A stretch of 64,000 nt of DNA from Octopus sinensis (taxonomy: Eukaryota), in the NCBI RefSeq assembly GCF_006345805.1, contig NC_043000.1, positions 164,734,001 through 164,798,000 on the forward strand. Direction: 5' to 3'. Shown in pieces: positions 49,329 through 60,111 of this stretch (position 1 is its first letter; each line of letters starts with the position of its first letter). The notes beneath the pieces are model-generated. The model worked only from the letters and a program-made list of their open reading frames with translations, did no database searches and had not been told where the DNA came from. Position numbers and translations under genes: made by a program.

Positions 49329-52300
49329 CAGTAGTTTTATTTTTATAGCGTGCTTTCACTTCACTACCGAGCGCAGCTCTGTGTGCCTTGGGTATGTGCT
49401 GTGATTTGTTGTGATGCTCTGATGGTTATTGTATGGAAAGTGTTCTGCGTAGGATGTGTGCAGTGCCTAGTAGTGCAATTTTCTGTATGTTATATGTGTT
49501 TGTAAGTCCTGGTGTTTTTGTTATATATTAGTCTGAATATTTTTTTATCATGCCTAATGCACCTACTATGATAGGAATTGTTTCTGTTTTTAGATTCCAC
49601 ATTCTGGTTACCTCCATTTCCAGGTCTTTGTATTTTGAAAGTTTCTCCATTTCTTTTAGAGACACGTTGTCATCTGCCGGTATAGATACATCAATTAGAA
49701 AGCATTTTTTTTCTTCATGATCTCTGACAACTATATCTGGTCTGTTGGCCTTAATTTCTCTATCTGTGTGTATCGGCATATCCAAAGTATGGTTGCTTTT
49801 CGTTTTCTGTGACCCTTTCTGGTGTGTGCCTATACCATCTTTTTTCTGTTGTTATTCCATAATGTTGGCATAGCTTCCAGTGTATGTAGGTTCCAACTCT
49901 GTCATGTCTGTGAATATATTCTTCTTAGCCAGGACTGGGCAGCCAGAGATAATATGATTTATTGTTTCTTGTCCATCTCCACATATTCTGCAGTTACTTG
50001 TAATATTTCTTTTCATTACATGTTTTTGGTAATTTCTGGTGGGGAGGCTTTGGTCTTGTGCTGCAATTAAAAATCCCTCTGTCTCTGCTTTGAGTCCTGA
50101 GCTTCTCAACCATTGCTGGTATTTTTCTTTGTCTATTTCTTTTGCGTTTAGTTCAGTATTTACCATGAAGGGGCTTTTCTTGCCATCGTTTTATCATGGT
50201 TCGTTGCTGTTCTATTTTTAGTTTGGATTTCATTTGTTTTATAGCTTTTGTTGTTTCTTCATCTTCTTCTTCTTGTTCTTCATATTTATTAGGTGGTATG
50301 ATTTCTTGTTTGTATTTGTCAGCTTCCTTAAATACTGAGAACAGTTTTTTGTTTTGCTCGTGTTTTCCCGCTATTTGTATCAGTTTTCCTTCCTTCTGAA
50401 GTAGATATTTTTGCAGTCCTATGGTGGTTATTTTATAGTAGTTTTCCAGCTGTATAAGGCCTCTACCACCTTCTATACGTTGTATATATAGTCTTTCTAT
50501 GTCTATGTTGTTATGATGACACCTAGACCTGTCATTATTTTTCTTGTTTTCCTATCTATTTTGGTCAGTTCATTTAGTGTCCAGTTAAGGATATTGTAGC
50601 TGTAACTTATAACTGGGACAGCTAAAGTGTTAATACCAATTATTGTTTTTAGCATTGAGCTCTGTTTTTAGTATTGATCTAACTCGTCTATAATATTCTT
50701 TTTTTTTTTCTCTTTCATTTGTGTGTGTGTTGTGTCTTATCTAGTTCATGGATTCCTAAGTATTTGCAGTTTGGCTTTGGTCTAATTCTTTTATTTCATT
50801 TTTTTTATCTAGTGCGATGTTGCTACTCTTAACTAGTTTTCCTCTTTTCATGGTTACTTTGCGCATTTTTCTAATCCAAATTTCATATCTATTTCTTTGG
50901 TAAATCCATGAACTGTCTTTAATAGTGTTTCCAGCTGTTTGTCATTTGCAGCGTATAGTTTTAGGTCATCCATATATAAAAGGTGGCTGATCGTTTTGCC
51001 GTAACTTTTATATCCGCATCCAGTTCTATTTAGTATATCAGATAGAGGTGACAGTGCTAAGCAGAAAAGGAGTGGAGAGAGTGTGTCTCCCTGGAATATT
51101 CCTCTTCTAATGGGGATGTCTTTGGTTTTCATGAGTCCCTCTTTTGTTTGGAGGTGTAGGACTGTTTGCCATTTATTCATAGAGTGCTCTATGAATTTTA
51201 TGATTGTTGGTGCTACTTTGTTAATGGCTAGTGTTTCGAGGATCCATGTGTGGGGGATGCTATGAAACGCCTTTTTGTAGTCAATCCAGGCCATACTGAG
51301 GCCTTTTTCTTTCTGTGGCTGTCTTCAGTAATGGCTTTATTAATCATTAGTTGATCTTTACAGCCATATGAGCCTTTGCGGCATCCTTTCTGCTCTTCTG
51401 GGAACAGTTTGTTTTCGTCCAGGTGCTTGTTCAACCTTTGCGATATCACTGCAGTAAATGCCTTGAACATTGTAGGGAGGCAGATTATTGGTCTGTAGTT
51501 TTCTGGTTTTGCTGTCTCATTTGATTTGGGAATTAAGATGGTTTTCCCCTTCGTGAGCCATTCAGGTATTGTCTCTGGCTCTGCTAGTATGTTGTTAAAG
51601 TTTTCAGCCAGCTTTTTGTGCATTCCTGTTAGATATTTCAACCAGAAGTTGGGGATCTTGTCATGCCCAGGTGCCTTCCAGTTGCTTAGTTTTTGCAGTG
51701 CCTGGGTGACCTCTTCAGTTGTTATGGGGGTCCAAAGTTGTTCAGATGCCGAGTTTGTTATTTTGATACTCCTTTTTTTTGGTTGTTCGTTCGCCGACCA
51801 TATTTCTCTCCAGAATTCTTCCAATTCTTCTGCCGTTGGTGCTGCAGTGACTTCTATTTTATTTTTGCCAAGTTCTTGGTAGAACTTTTTGGGGTTGGAG
51901 TTGAACTTTTTGTTTTGTTCAAAGAAGCGCTGGCGTTTCTTGTACCGGCGGATCCTTTGTGCTTTGGCAAGGATATCTTGCTTCAGCTTTTCTTTTATCT
52001 CCGGCAAATCTTTCTCTGTGATGTTATATTTGCGGAGTATTTTAGTTTTTTTTTGTTGCTCAGTAGCGTTGATTGTTTGCTGATTTCATTAAGAATCGAC
52101 AGATCTTTTCTTGTTTTTTGTATTTTGTTTTGGATGTTATTTATCCACAGGGTTTGTTTGGGTGGTGGTACTCCTGTTTGGACGGGTTTGAATGAGTATC
52201 CAGCTTCTTTTGTGGCTACAGTGGCTGCTGCGTATGTTAAGTCATTTAGCTTAGTGATATCGCTTTTCGTTTCAGTGGCTATTAGTTCCGTGACGGCTAG

Positions 52301-52358
52301 GTTTATGCTGTTTATAATTGGTGTTGTTGTTTCGTCTATTTTGATTCTTGGGAGGTAT
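49329..52358 (-). mobile_element. R4/Dong-type RLE LINE, family B, copy 1 (~3 kb)
   Basis: KAPGHD, NYRPIICLP, WIDYKKAFHSIPH, GIFQGDTLSP, YMDDLKLY, NRPDIVV; frameshifted. Confidence 0.9.
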
Positions 52359-52359
52359 A

Positions 52360-52443
<84 letters not shown>

Positions 52444-52444
<1 letters not shown>

Positions 52445-52847
52445 TATGTTTGACTTTTGCTTTATGTCTGTACAAGTTGGCTCCAAGTCTCACCCAGAGA
52501 CCTCAAGAGACAACAGGTTGGAAGTTCTGTGCCATATATTTGTTTTTTTTTTGTTTTTTTTTTGGTGTTGTACTAGTGAATGTCTAATACATAAAAACAA
52601 AAAATTTAAAAAAGAAGTTTGTTTTAAACCTTGGGATTACATAGAGAGTATTTTGCGTAGGATATGAGCAGTTCCCATGAGCACTATTTTTTGAATTTCT
52701 GCCATTTTGGGGTTTCCTGGTATCTGAGTTAGGTAGCAATCAGTCCCTTTCGCTATCATTCCCAGGGCACCTATGACAATAGGTATTGTTTTAGTCTTCA
52801 GCTTCCACATTTTGCTGATTTCTATTTCAAGATCTTTATATTTGCTC
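52444..52847 (-). mobile_element. R4/Dong-type family A 3' fragment
   Basis: Matches 46481-46880; (TAA)n at both ends. Confidence 0.85.
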
Positions 52848-52888
<41 letters not shown>

Positions 52889-52929
52889 TATATATATATA
52901 TATATATATATACATGCTCTCATCCACCC

Positions 52930-55330
52930 ACTCATACATACATTTATCTACATAACAGCCCACTAACTATTCTACTCTATCTGTGTAAACTGTGAGTATA
53001 GGGGTATGATATCTACTATGCATATTCCCTATTTAGTGTTGGGGAAGTTTCATTTATGAGGTCATACTCCCGTATTTGTCTGAATATTGGGTCTTTTGGG
53101 TGCTTGGATAAGATGCGGATGTCAAGTTGACCCAAGTTGCATCCATGTTGGTCTTTGGCATGTTGGTAGAGTATGGAGGACTGTTTTTGTTGTCATACTG
53201 TCTCAAATGTTCATTTAGTCTTTCTGCAATGTTCCTAGATGTTTCCCCTATATATGTCATGTTCATGTCTTTACAAGCACCTTCTATGCATTTTATGCTG
53301 TAGACTACATTTCGAGTTCTACAGCTAATGCCAGGGCTAATCCTACATACCATGCAGTTACCATTGGTGCATGTGGTATTCTCAAAGGGGTACATCCTAC
53401 ATAGTTGTGACCTGATGGACTTCCCTGGCTTTTCAACAATCTTAATGTTGAGTTTGGTCTCCTTCAGAGCTTTCCTAAACCTACGGGCTACTTCCCCATG
53501 GCCTGTGGCCTCTACAAACATCACTCCTTGATATTTGTCGCTTTTATACCACATGTTCACCCTGTTTGCCTTGTCACAATTTCTTTATATCCTATTCCAT
53601 TCTTTGTTTCTATATCTAGGCCAGGTACCACTGGTATCATTACATATAATGTTATCTAATTTCTTTCTAGCCCCCCCCCCCGTATACTGGATCCCTATCT
53701 TTCTGATCATATCCAGAAAACTGCATGCGGTGCATGAAGTTCTGTATATGGTTTTACGTTTCATAGGGTTCACATAGTGGGGACACATTGTTCATTTTTC
53801 TAACTAAGTCTGCTATCAGTATATTAATTTTCATGTTGTTTGACAAAGCTGAGATTTTGTGAATAACATATTTTGAAGCTATGGGTTTCATGTAATAGGA
53901 GTGGAGGAGCTGCAGTCTATTATTCACAGTCTTTAACCAAAGTTCAGTATCAAGTACAGGGAGTCTATTGTTAGGGTGCTTTGTGGGGTAATCTATAGTT
54001 ACCTTGATACTTTGGTTGGATGGAGTTAGCTATTTGCTGGATGCTCTCCATTACGTTCTTCTCAGTCTCTACATTACCGTCACTAGAGTTGGTCCTAACT
54101 ATTATATTAATGTCATCTTCATATCTACTGTAGAGTAGAAGAATTGTGGACTGTTCTGCTAATATTTGCTTAAGTTTTCTGTCCCACCATGTCATGAAGA
54201 GGCCAGCCACATCTCCAGCTACACCGACACCGATGGCTGCACCTTAAACCTGCTTGTATAGTTTTTTGTTAAACTTTACTATGTGGTTCTTCAAGGTGGT
54301 TTTTACACCAGGCCCCTATTGCATGTGCAATCATTTCTTTCACCTGATTGTTGTTCTCAGGGTTTTGGGTGGGTGCGGTTCAGCCACTCTAGTGCTTTGT
54401 GGTGCTTTTCTTCACTGCTGAAGTGATAGTGGGTGGTCTTCCCCTCTGTGACCTGGTGGGGCAGAATCTACTAAGGACATGGTCATCTAAATAGTTACTG
54501 TCATAGCTTAGTCTGAGGAGGAGGCCCAGTTCCCTCGTGTTGACTTTACATAACTCCACTTCACTCTCACAGATTACCTGAATGCATTTCCACACAGAAA
54601 ATCTATGTCTACAGATGGGTAGAGTGAAATCACATCCATGCTACCCATTACACAACCTGTGAGATCATTGTAGTGGTTGCAAGTACTGATTTTACTGAGG
54701 AGATCTTCCGTGCTCACACAGACATAAGGAGACATCTCTATGAGAGGTCGTAATACTTGTGATAGGAAGTAGGACAGTCTATAGTTGCTGGAGATGTTCG
54801 CTCTGCAAACTGGTTTGGTTGGGGGCCCTGCGACAGGGTTTGTGGTTTTTGCATAACCTGTATAGTGTGCCGTCCTTTTCATTGGAGTATTGCCCCACAT
54901 TCCCATGTGCATTGAGGAGTTTTTCTACTCTTTCCTGTTCCTGTGGTGCAACTTCTCTGATGCTACTAATGTGTTGTTCAATGGTCTGGAGATAGTTCTG
55001 TGAGCTGTCTATTGACAGTCTGCCAAACTTGTCAGTAAGGAGGCACACTAGTTCTCTGTTCCTAATTCACTGTTTCAGTTTTTGTAGGCCTTTGTCAACA
55101 GATGGACTGAGTTGGTGGGTCCCCTCCTCACTATGTTTTTTTAGTGGACTTGTTGTATCAGTCTAAGATATGTCGGAGTCTATTTCTAGTTATGGAGATC
55201 TTTGCTTCTGTTTCACTGTCAATTTGGGGTGGGATACCTACCCTTTTTTTAAGGGTAAGTCTGTGGGGTAGATACTCGTCTTGTCATAAGTTTTGTTGTT
55301 AGGGTTATAGAAGACAGAGTGTTTTATATA
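52930..55330 (-). mobile_element. Decayed Penelope-like element related to 20200-22435
   Basis: MDVISLYPS, LFMTWWD, YSRYEDDI, RNVVYSIKC...YIGETSR. Confidence 0.85.
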
Positions 55331-55959
55331 TATGTGTATATATATATAGACTTTAGTGTGAGGCACAGCACACTGCATCATTCATTCAAACCCACATATT
55401 CCCTAAAATAATTCTTTCTTGTTTGTTCTAATCCTGCCATGACTAACCTTGTTTCTTGGCTACATACATGCATATACTTATCCTGTACTTTTCTCTAAAA
55501 TGATTTGTTATAACCCTCAAAATGACCTCTCATGTTGGTGATTGCGCCCACCTTTTCCCACTCCTGCCGCCAATACTGGAAATCTCTCTCTCTCTGTTTC
55601 TCTTTCCCTTTCTCTCACCAGAAATCTTTTGCTTACTGGATATCCAATTGCCCTCCTCCTCTATTGGTAATCTTACTGCCCTCTCCTCTCTCTCCACCTA
55701 TCCTTGGACTAACTAAACCAGAGAGTAGCCCACTTTTCTTTTTTTTTCTTCTGCAGCATCAGTAATGCTTCTCCCACTACGCTCATAATGCTTATATTAA
55801 TAAGCCCCCACTCCAGTAGAGGTAACAACCTTAATAACTCTAACATTTCTGAATGACGGTAGGTTAAAAGCAAGAAACAAGTATTATGACACCTGTTGCC
55901 AAACATTCACGGGGTCCTTCATTTCAGGTGCTGAATAACATCTCTCCTTCCTCTGTTAC

Positions 55960-56208
55960 CTCCCATATCGCTTTCCCAGTTTTCAGACTTGGCATTCTAA
56001 ATGTAGGCACATTGAAAGGTAGGTCAAGTGAGATTGTAGAGATGCTTCAATGGAGACGTGTTGATGTATGTTGCATACAAGAGGTAAGGTGGAGAGGAGC
56101 TTCAGCCAGAGTTCTCACAGGCAAAGCACATAGGTATAAACCCTTCTGGGAAGGTAATAGCGATGGAATAGGGGGTGTGGACATACTTCTTGCAGAGAAA
56201 TGGGTGGA
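55960..56208 (+). mobile_element. RTE LINE endonuclease start, continuing at 60112
   Basis: LNVGTLKGRSSEIVEML...VCCIQEVRWRG...LLAEKWV. Confidence 0.85.
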
Positions 56209-57253
56209 AGTTCCGTAATCGCTGGGTCGAATGTAGGACATGTCTCATCTCTGTCTGCCTCCAATGTGCCACGGACTTTCAGAAGATCCCAGGCCAAAAA
56301 AAGAGCCATCATAATGCTATGATGGATAGACTCTGGAAGATGGTTCAGCTTAAATCTTGGACTTTTCAGTGTCAGGCCTGCGTGCCTCCACAACCGACGA
56401 TTGTGTCTCCCCCTGCCACTCCCGTGGAGGAAGCGGAACAGCAACAGCAGCAACAACAAAATCAACCACAACTAGAGCAGCAGCAGCAGCAACAACAAAA
56501 TCAACCACAACCAGAGCAGCAGCAACAACAACAACAGCAGCAACAACAAAATCAACCACAACCAGAGCAGCAGCAACAACAACAACACCAATTGACCAGT
56601 GCGGTTCTTGCAGAACTGCAACAATCGATCTGTGCTTTAAGAGGGGAAGTAGCAGGAATAAAAGCAACCATTCAGGTTGGACTCCACAATGAGGGGTCTT
56701 ATCGGAATGCTCTGCTAAAGAACCTCCCTGTACCTGTACCTCTTGTCGCATTTAAGACCGCGGATTCTGCTACCCATGAAGTCATTGCCATTGGGGTGCC
56801 AGAAGACATGGCTGATCTTCAGGCATTTGCTGCCAACTCAGCCAAAGACCTAGGCTGCGTTCCCCCAACGGGTGCTATCCGCCTTGGACGACCTGGCCCA
56901 AAACCTAGGCTCATCAAGCTATCTTTTTCGGACCACATGAGGCAACCTCTTACCATCTGGCCTCAGTTAAAGCTGGGCGTGAAAATAGGACCACCTTCCG
57001 AACACGCCCAGGCTTACCGTCCGATGTACGTCCGAAGCTACGTGTAGCGGCTTCCCTGAATAGGAACTCAGCTCTACAGGAAAGCTTCAGTCTTCGGGAA
57101 GATGGGCAAATCTGGAGATTTGTCAAGACTGCTGAAACGTGGAAGAGAGATACCAGCTGGTCTGAGTGCTCTCTACCCACAATAACTAAAAAGACTACAG
57201 CAACTCAGGGAAACTAAGCCAGAACAACCTGCCATCCTCTACACACCATCATA
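56209..57253 (+). CDS. CR1 ORF1: Cys-rich (PHD-like) N-terminus, poly-Q tract, coiled coil; probable frameshift near 56930-57010
   Basis: ECRTC..VCLQC...FQCQAC, poly-Q, AIRLGRPGPKPRLIKLSF; an alternative frame runs to a stop at 57253. Confidence 0.65.
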
Positions 57254-57273
57254 AACTGCGAGCAGGGTACAAA

Positions 57274-58206
57274 TTGTTGTCCTTAAATGCTCGCAGTTTA
57301 TGCAACAAAATACATTTGTTCAACGCCTACGTCAGAAGCATTGACCCTGACTTCATCACTGTCACGGAAACATGGGCGCATTCCTTACTCTGTGATGGGG
57401 TTTTCAACATTACGGGGTACAACCTCTTCCGTAAGGAACGCACTAACCGCCGTGGTGGTGGTGTGATGGTCTACGTTCGTTCAAATTTTTTGGTAATTCC
57501 TTGTGCCGATTTGAACGAATCACAAGAAGAAGTTTTTTTCTGTGACGTACGTATGACCATGCCAACACTCCTGCTTGGCGTTGTTTATCGTCCCCCAAGT
57601 TACCATCAGGACACACAGCTTTGCGATATCCTCCGAGCTGCTGCCAGGAAAACAGCCACTTATGTGTTTATTGCAGGCGATTTCAATCATCCTGAGATCG
57701 ATTGGGAAACCTTCCATTGGCCACAGAGTGCAAACGATTTTGTTGAGCTTGTGCTGGACTCAAACTGGTCACAAGTAGTCACCTCTCCAACAAGAGGCGA
57801 CAACACCTTGGACCTGCTCTTCACCACAACTCCTGAAGCGGTTATCAATTGCACTACGGAGGAACCTCTAGGTGACTCTGATCATGCTATGATCATCGCC
57901 AATCTGGCTCTTGCGGGCAACAAAAACCTGAACCATCTCCAATCTGCTTCCTTCGATTGGAAGAGAGCAGATTGGAACCTGTACCACACTGAACTACAGC
58001 ACCCAAACTGGCGTGAATTCTACAACTCTGGAGATGTGAATACTATACTCCAGAGTATCCTGGACTCAATATGGGCAGCATGTGCAGCATCAGTCCCACG
58101 TAAACAAAAAAGAAGAACCGCCCCAAAAGGGCAATTTGGGAAACTTCAGCGGTCCGACTTGCCAGGAAGGAACGTCGGACTGCTGAACGGAATACAAGTT
58201 GCATAA
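57274..58206 (+). CDS. CR1 ORF2 APE endonuclease
   Basis: LNARSL, ITVTETW, GGGVMVYV, VVYRPP, GDFNHP, LDLLFT, SDH. Confidence 0.9.
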   Translation: MLSLNARSLCNKIHLFNAYVRSIDPDFITVTETWAHSLLCDGVFNITGYNLFRKERTNRRGGGVMVYVRSNFLVIPCADLNESQEEVFFCDVRMTMPTLLLGVVYRPPSYHQDTQLCDILRAAARKTATYVFIAGDFNHPEIDWETFHWPQSANDFVELVLDSNWSQVVTSPTRGDNTLDLLFTTTPEAVINCTTEEPLGDSDHAMIIANLALAGNKNLNHLQSASFDWKRADWNLYHTELQHPNWREFYNSGDVNTILQSILDSIWAACAASVPRKQKRRTAPKGQFGKLQRSDLPGRNVGLLNGIQVA

Positions 58207-60037
58207 ATCAGACACCAACAGGAAGAAGCGGAATAAATCCTCCAACCATCTCAAGCAAGTGACAAAAAAAGCAGTGCTTGAATTTGAACAGTGCATAGCA
58301 GCCAATCCTGACAGCAAGGTTTTCTGGAAATATGTGCATTCAAAGCAGAGACCTCACTCTCCAGTGGGCCCTCTTCGCAACCCTCACACAAACCAGATCA
58401 CCGACGACCCCAAGGAATGCGCAGAACTCATTGCCGAGTGCTATGCAAACATATTCACTGTTGAAAGTCAAAATGTACCATCTTCACCATCACTAACAGC
58501 AAACTCCATAACAACTATGGAATTTACACCTGCAATGCTGCAACGTCACCTTCAAAATAAGCGCAACTATGTCTCCCCTGGTCTCGATGGAGTTACATAC
58601 CTGCTTCTCAAACGTGGCAGGCACTTCCTTTTACACCAGCTTTCTATTTTCTTCCAGTACTCTCTCAACAATGGTGCTACTCCGGAGCAGTGGAAAACTG
58701 CCAGTGTCATTCCTCTGTTCAAAAAGGGCGACCGCACATCACCTGTCAACTATCGCCCAGTCAGTCTCACTAGCTGTATTGCAAAACTGATGGAATCGTG
58801 TGTCAGAGAAACACTCTGGAACTTCTGGAGCTCTCACAGTCTCATCCGACCCTCACAATATGGATTTGTCCCTAACTCCAGCTGCAGTGACCAGCTTGTC
58901 GAGTTCCTTGAGGACATTACTCAGATCACTGACAGTGGCTCATGGGTGGATGTTGTCTACCTTGACTTTGCTAAGGCTTTCAACTCTGTGCCACACAAAA
59001 GGCTTATGGTGAAACTCTCTGCAATGGGTGTGGGGGATGAACTTTTTAACTGGTTGAAATCCTTCATCCTCAGCCGAAAGGAGGTAGTCACAGTTCTAGG
59101 ACAGCACTCTACACCATATGAGATGTCATCGGGTGTACCACAGGGATCTGTCCTTGGTCCCCTCTTGTTTGTGGCATACATTAATGACATAGATGCCAAT
59201 TTAAAGAATGCCACAGTATTGAAATATGCAGACGACATCAAGCTGTACCTTGAAATCAAGAGGACTGATCCTGATGTCTACAACTCTTTCCTGCAATCAG
59301 ACCTAGACACAATGCAGCAATGGATCACAGACTGGCAACTGAAACTGGCTGTGGACAAGTGTACCACCATGCATTTTGGGAGAAAAAACCCTGCGTCCAC
59401 ATACTCCCTCCACAACACTGATATCAAGAAATCCTCTTGCGAGCGTGACCTAGGCATCACTGTCAGCAGTGATTTGCGTTGGACAAAGCATATCTCTAAA
59501 ATTGTCAAGAAGGCCGAGGGTGTCTTGGCATCACTCAGCAAGACTTTTGTTAGCCGCTCTCCAGCCATCTATTTAAAACTGTATACAGCTATGGTACGAC
59601 CACACTTGGAATTCGCATCATCAGTTTGGAACCCCTATCTTGCTCAGAACATTGACCTCCTGGAATCTGTCCAGAGACGTGCAACCAAACGCATACCCTC
59701 CATCAGACACCTACCATATTCTGAGCACCTTGTTTCCCTGGGCATGGATTCACTGAAGCTCCGGCGACTGGCGACGGACTTGGTAAACACCCACAAAGTT
59801 ATCAACCACCTCACCAACAACAACACTGAACACCTTTTTGATCTCCATGTGTCCAACACACGTGGACATGCCTACAAAGTCAGAAAACAACACAGCTCCC
59901 ATGACTTTCGGAAACATTTTTTCACGCTCAGAGTTGCTGAAGCATGGAACAAACTGCCTGCGTCAGTTGTTGACTGCCATGACACTGCATCCTTTAAGGC
60001 CCTCATGCTTTCCGAAATCCGCCGAAACTACACCTGA
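58199..60037 (+). CDS. CR1 ORF2 reverse transcriptase, frameshifted from the EN part
   Basis: SPGLDG, NYRPVSLTS, DFAKAFNSV, GVPQGSVLGP, YADD. Confidence 0.9.
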   Translation: MHKSDTNRKKRNKSSNHLKQVTKKAVLEFEQCIAANPDSKVFWKYVHSKQRPHSPVGPLRNPHTNQITDDPKECAELIAECYANIFTVESQNVPSSPSLTANSITTMEFTPAMLQRHLQNKRNYVSPGLDGVTYLLLKRGRHFLLHQLSIFFQYSLNNGATPEQWKTASVIPLFKKGDRTSPVNYRPVSLTSCIAKLMESCVRETLWNFWSSHSLIRPSQYGFVPNSSCSDQLVEFLEDITQITDSGSWVDVVYLDFAKAFNSVPHKRLMVKLSAMGVGDELFNWLKSFILSRKEVVTVLGQHSTPYEMSSGVPQGSVLGPLLFVAYINDIDANLKNATVLKYADDIKLYLEIKRTDPDVYNSFLQSDLDTMQQWITDWQLKLAVDKCTTMHFGRKNPASTYSLHNTDIKKSSCERDLGITVSSDLRWTKHISKIVKKAEGVLASLSKTFVSRSPAIYLKLYTAMVRPHLEFASSVWNPYLAQNIDLLESVQRRATKRIPSIRHLPYSEHLVSLGMDSLKLRRLATDLVNTHKVINHLTNNNTEHLFDLHVSNTRGHAYKVRKQHSSHDFRKHFFTLRVAEAWNKLPASVVDCHDTASFKALMLSEIRRNYT

Positions 60038-60111
60038 TTATATATACACTTTAGATGAGTTGTAGTGCACCTGAGCACTGTACGCAATTATTATTATTAT
60101 TATTATTATTA

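Larger units (their letters stand above)
56209..60111 (+). mobile_element. Near full-length CR1-type LINE inserted in the RTE
   Basis: ORF1, EN-RT ORF2 and (ATT)n tail; host RTE frame EKWV|DKVLE rejoins across it. Confidence 0.9.

Noticed and set aside
56175-57047. Poly-Q ORF as a host transcription factor
   Set aside because: Sits immediately upstream of EN-RT within the CR1 boundaries, so it is ORF1
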